The translations under genes and the position numbers were made by a program. The notes beneath the pieces are model-generated. The model did not search any database. It worked only from the letters and a program-made list of their open reading frames with translations, and was not told the origin of the DNA. From contig NW_025767314.1 of the NCBI RefSeq assembly GCF_003918875.1, forward strand, positions 310,001-374,000: a DNA stretch of 64,000 nucleotides, in the 5' to 3' direction. This stretch comes from Haliotis rubra (Eukaryota). Positions 63,428 through 64,000 of the stretch are shown piece by piece. Each line of letters starts with the position of its first letter. Position 1 is the first letter of the stretch.

Positions 63428-64000
63428 GTAAGTTGCTTTAGAAATACTGTATTACTTGCGTTATGTACACATACATGTTTCAGTACTTATACTTCCTCTT
63501 TTCGATAACACCCGGTGTCATTATTATTTTTCAGAGCGCCACATATATGTTTATTTCAAAGCTATTTATTGCGATCTACACCACATGGAATCTATCCTAG
63601 ATAATGATAGTCAAAACTGGGTATCCTTGTGGAAATGGCATTCTGTGTGATACAAATACACAGTAGAATAGACTAACTGTTTTATACACATTGCATGCAC
63701 ATTATTTGAATAACTCCGGTAGGCAGGCTATATACTTACGCTAATCACCGGTAATTATCATGTGTTGTGGTAAGTACAAAGTCATTCTTAAGATACGAGT
63801 ATTGTTGGAATCGTGTAATGGATGCAGCTTTCCGAAAAGATTTCTTATATTTATTTAAAGTTTGTGACATTTATTCTCACAGAATCGTCAAAGTTAATTT
63901 GAAACAGATTTATTCATACAATTTATTCAAATAATAAGTACATAGTCATACGCTATACGTTCTATCTTGCTGTCAAATGAAGATATTTATCTTATAGAGG

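Overview
AT-rich, intron-rich animal DNA with three N-gaps. The repeat families suggest a mollusc, probably a gastropod such as abalone (inference). 1-8.7 kb holds the first nine coding exons of a minus-strand SLC6 (neurotransmitter:sodium symporter family) gene with unusually substituted ion- and substrate-binding residues. 10-19 kb is a stack of nested Tc1/mariner and L2/CR1-like LINE relics. 19.9-26.1 kb is a ~106-bp satellite built from part of a dispersed SINE, with higher-order repeats. 28-64 kb is a cluster of five divergent immunoglobulin-superfamily membrane-protein genes arranged A(+) B(-) C(+) D(-) E(+). A and its pseudogenised paralog B encode a signal peptide, two Ig-like domains and five separately encoded hydrophobic segments, a CD47-like Ig + 5TM layout. 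E shares their first Ig domain but runs off the window. C and D are single-pass V+C2-like receptors: C ends in a YEEI tyrosine motif and D has no such motif. An intron of A holds a small Penelope-type hammerhead-ribozyme array. All gene models were built by hand from GT-AG sites, intron phase and paralog comparison, with no transcript evidence.
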